Origin: an uncultured Akkermansia sp.
GTDB lineage: Bacteria; Verrucomicrobiota; Verrucomicrobiia; Limisphaerales; UBA9464
DNA length: 64,000 bases
Direction of reading: 5' to 3'
NCBI GenBank assembly: GCA_964430505.1
Contig: CAYSGH010000001.1
Location: forward strand, 43,677 to 107,676
Below are positions 62,202 through 64,000 of the stretch, in pieces. A program made the translations under genes and the position numbers. Under the pieces are notes generated by a model that did not search any database, was not told where the DNA came from, and saw only the letters and a list, made by a program, of their open reading frames with translations. How positions within the stretch are numbered: position 1 is the stretch's first letter; each line of letters opens with the position of its first letter.

Positions 62202-63607
62202 AATCGCCCTCCCATGTTTTGGTCATCGAGGACGACACTTCCCTCGGGGATGCCTTGCACACGATTCTCGCGGGCGAGGGCTATCGCGTGTCCTCCTCGC
62301 GCCGGGGTGACGAGGGCTGCCGGAGGGCGGTTGACGACAATCCAGACCTCGTTGTCACCGACCTCCGGCTGCCGGGCATGGGTGGCCTCGACCTTATACG
62401 CAACGTCCGCGGCGCCCGGCCGAACCTTCCCATCATCCTCATGACAGCCCATGGCTCCCCGGAGTCCGTCATCGAGTCCACCAAGGCAGGTGCCTTCGAC
62501 TACCTGTGCAAGCCGTTCGAGATGAACGAGTTTCTCGCAGCGGTCCGCAGGTCCTTGCAACGCTGGCCTGAAGCCCAGTCCGGCATCGGTGACTTGGAGC
62601 CTTCTGTCGGCCTCGTCGGCCGAAGCCGGGCCATGCAGGCGCTCTACAAGGAAATCGGACGCTTGGCTCCACGCCCCGTCACCGTGCTGGTCCGCGGCGA
62701 GACTGGGACCGGCAAGGAGTTGGTCGCCCGGGCCCTCCATCATTACTCCAGCCGGGACTCAAAGCCTTTCGTCGCCGTCAATTGCGCCGCGCTCTCCGAG
62801 TCGCTGCTGGAAAGCGAGCTGTTTGGACACGAGCGAGGCTCGTTCACAGGCGCCGTCGAGAAACGCATCGGCCGATTTGAACAGGCCGCTGACGGAACGT
62901 TGTTCCTCGACGAAATCGGTGAACTCACGCCGTCCACGCAAGCCAAACTCCTTCGCGTCCTCCAAGAAGGCACCTTCGAGCGCGTCGGAGGCAGGCAGGT
63001 GATCCAAGGCCGCGCAAGAGTGGTGGCAGCAACCCATTTGGACATCGAGTCAGCCATCGCAGCCCGCTCGTTCCGTGAGGATCTGTATTATCGGCTGAAC
63101 CAATCGACCGTCTTTGTTCCTCCGCTTCGGGACCGGACCGACGACATTCCCGACATCGCCCGTTACTTCGTCCAATTCCATGCGCCGCGGATGGGCGTGC
63201 CTGCCATCTCGTTGGATCAAGACGTCATCGCCACGCTTCAAGCCCATCTCTGGCCCGGCAACGTTCGTGAACTAGAAAACGTGGTGCGCCAAATCCTAAT
63301 CAAGTCCAATGGCCAACGGCCGAGCCCGGCTGATGCCGCCGAGCTCCTGAGGATTAGCGCGCCCGCACAGTCGCCGAAGGGGCCAGGGCTGGATGCGCTG
63401 ATTGACGCGACCCTCTCAGCGGCCGAACGAGGAGACCTTGCTGACGGCCACGCCCGAGTGGTGCGCATGGTAGAGTGTCGCCTGCTCGAGCAAGCCATGC
63501 GCCGTGCCGATGGCAACCAATCTCAGGTCGCTCGGTGGCTCGGTATTTCGCGTTTTACCCTTCGCGAAAAACTTCGCTCGCTCGGACTTCATCCGGGGGC
63601 CGATTGA
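62198..63607 (+). CDS. Sigma-54-dependent Fis-family response regulator (NtrC-like)
   Basis: Receiver domain (LVVTDLRLPGMGG), AAA+ Walker A GETGTGKE, GAFTGA-type loop GSFTGA, C-terminal HTH SQVARWLGISRFTLREKL. ATGA overlap with the kinase gene. Confidence 0.9.
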   Translation: MKSPSHVLVIEDDTSLGDALHTILAGEGYRVSSSRRGDEGCRRAVDDNPDLVVTDLRLPGMGGLDLIRNVRGARPNLPIILMTAHGSPESVIESTKAGAFDYLCKPFEMNEFLAAVRRSLQRWPEAQSGIGDLEPSVGLVGRSRAMQALYKEIGRLAPRPVTVLVRGETGTGKELVARALHHYSSRDSKPFVAVNCAALSESLLESELFGHERGSFTGAVEKRIGRFEQAADGTLFLDEIGELTPSTQAKLLRVLQEGTFERVGGRQVIQGRARVVAATHLDIESAIAARSFREDLYYRLNQSTVFVPPLRDRTDDIPDIARYFVQFHAPRMGVPAISLDQDVIATLQAHLWPGNVRELENVVRQILIKSNGQRPSPADAAELLRISAPAQSPKGPGLDALIDATLSAAERGDLADGHARVVRMVECRLLEQAMRRADGNQSQVARWLGISRFTLREKLRSLGLHPGAD

Positions 63608-64000
63608 TTCCTCCCCGGTTCAGCCTTGCCACTCGCTCCAGCATTGCCTCGACCGCAGGGTCCCGGGCGGCACGTCGCTCAAGGTCCCAAGTGTCCGCCA
63701 TGACTCGTCCGGCACCCCTCTCTCGGCCATGAAGCACCGCTTGTTCAAGCCATTCGAGAGGACCTTCCTCCCAGTCTCCAGCAACACGAAGCCGCTCCAT
63801 CGCCCCATTTCCACCTCGCGTCGGAATCACAACGACAGGGTCCGCGCCCGCGTCCAAGGCAAAGTCCACGCTGCGCAGCAACCATTCCAACGCCAGCTCA
63901 CGCTTCACGAAAGGGGGACTCGTTAGAAGAAACATTCGCACTCCAACCCCCATTTCCTTCAGCCGGCCAGCCGCCTGGACAAAATCCACCGGTCTTGTTC
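63555..64000 (-). CDS. C-terminal part of a possible TIGR01210/RaSEA-like radical SAM family protein (partial, open at the window edge)
   Basis: The frame stays open to position 64000, and the listed start 63989 is a GTG. LLTSPPFVKRELALEWLLRSVDFALDAGADPVVVIPTRGGNGAMERL...PLEWLEQAV resembles the PPFL...E...W C-terminal region of that family, from memory. Its 3' end overlaps the convergent ntrC-like gene by 53 nt. Confidence 0.4.
   Translation of the reverse strand, partial: TRPVDFVQAAGRLKEMGVGVRMFLLTSPPFVKRELALEWLLRSVDFALDAGADPVVVIPTRGGNGAMERLRVAGDWEEGPLEWLEQAVLHGRERGAGRVMADTWDLERRAARDPAVEAMLERVARLNRGGINRPPDEVRASEVFREG

Overview
High-GC, gene-dense chromosomal segment with about 48 protein-coding genes, two of them cut by the window edges. 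No rRNA, tRNA, CRISPR array, transposase or integrase was recognised. Gene content points to the PVC superphylum (Verrucomicrobiota or Planctomycetota): a PSCyt/DUF1549/DUF1553 plus DUF1501 pair, an H-X9-DG prepilin-like protein, an ECF sigma factor joined to a Ser/Thr kinase with WD40 repeats, and a sulfatase. Housekeeping genes recognised with good confidence are rpsT, htpG, acnA, serA, rlmN, cmk, rex, thiE, an AlkA-type glycosylase and an MscS channel. Accessory or unusual content: (1) a dabA-dabB inorganic-carbon pump beside a divergent SulP transporter; (2) an NgoMIV-like type II restriction-modification pair; (3) a same-strand cluster of PA14/five-CXXCH cytochrome, PSCyt-DUF1549-DUF1553, DUF1501, HemN-like radical SAM and chorismate-lyase-like genes; (4) a BadF-type kinase fused to MurQ; (5) an RsmB-like methyltransferase with a ~330 aa Arg/Gly/Pro-rich N-terminal extension; (6) an NtrC-type two-component system next to an unusually long ~550 nt non-coding gap. 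The structure least explained by gene calls is a family of C-rich heptanucleotide tandem arrays, (GCCCCCC)n(GCTTCCC)n, found in exactly three intergenic regions. Two strong intrinsic terminators also end within a few nucleotides of the next gene's ATG. Most long ORFs in the six-frame track are GC-driven shadow frames or 5' over-extensions and were not called. All family assignments come from motif recognition by eye and need database confirmation.
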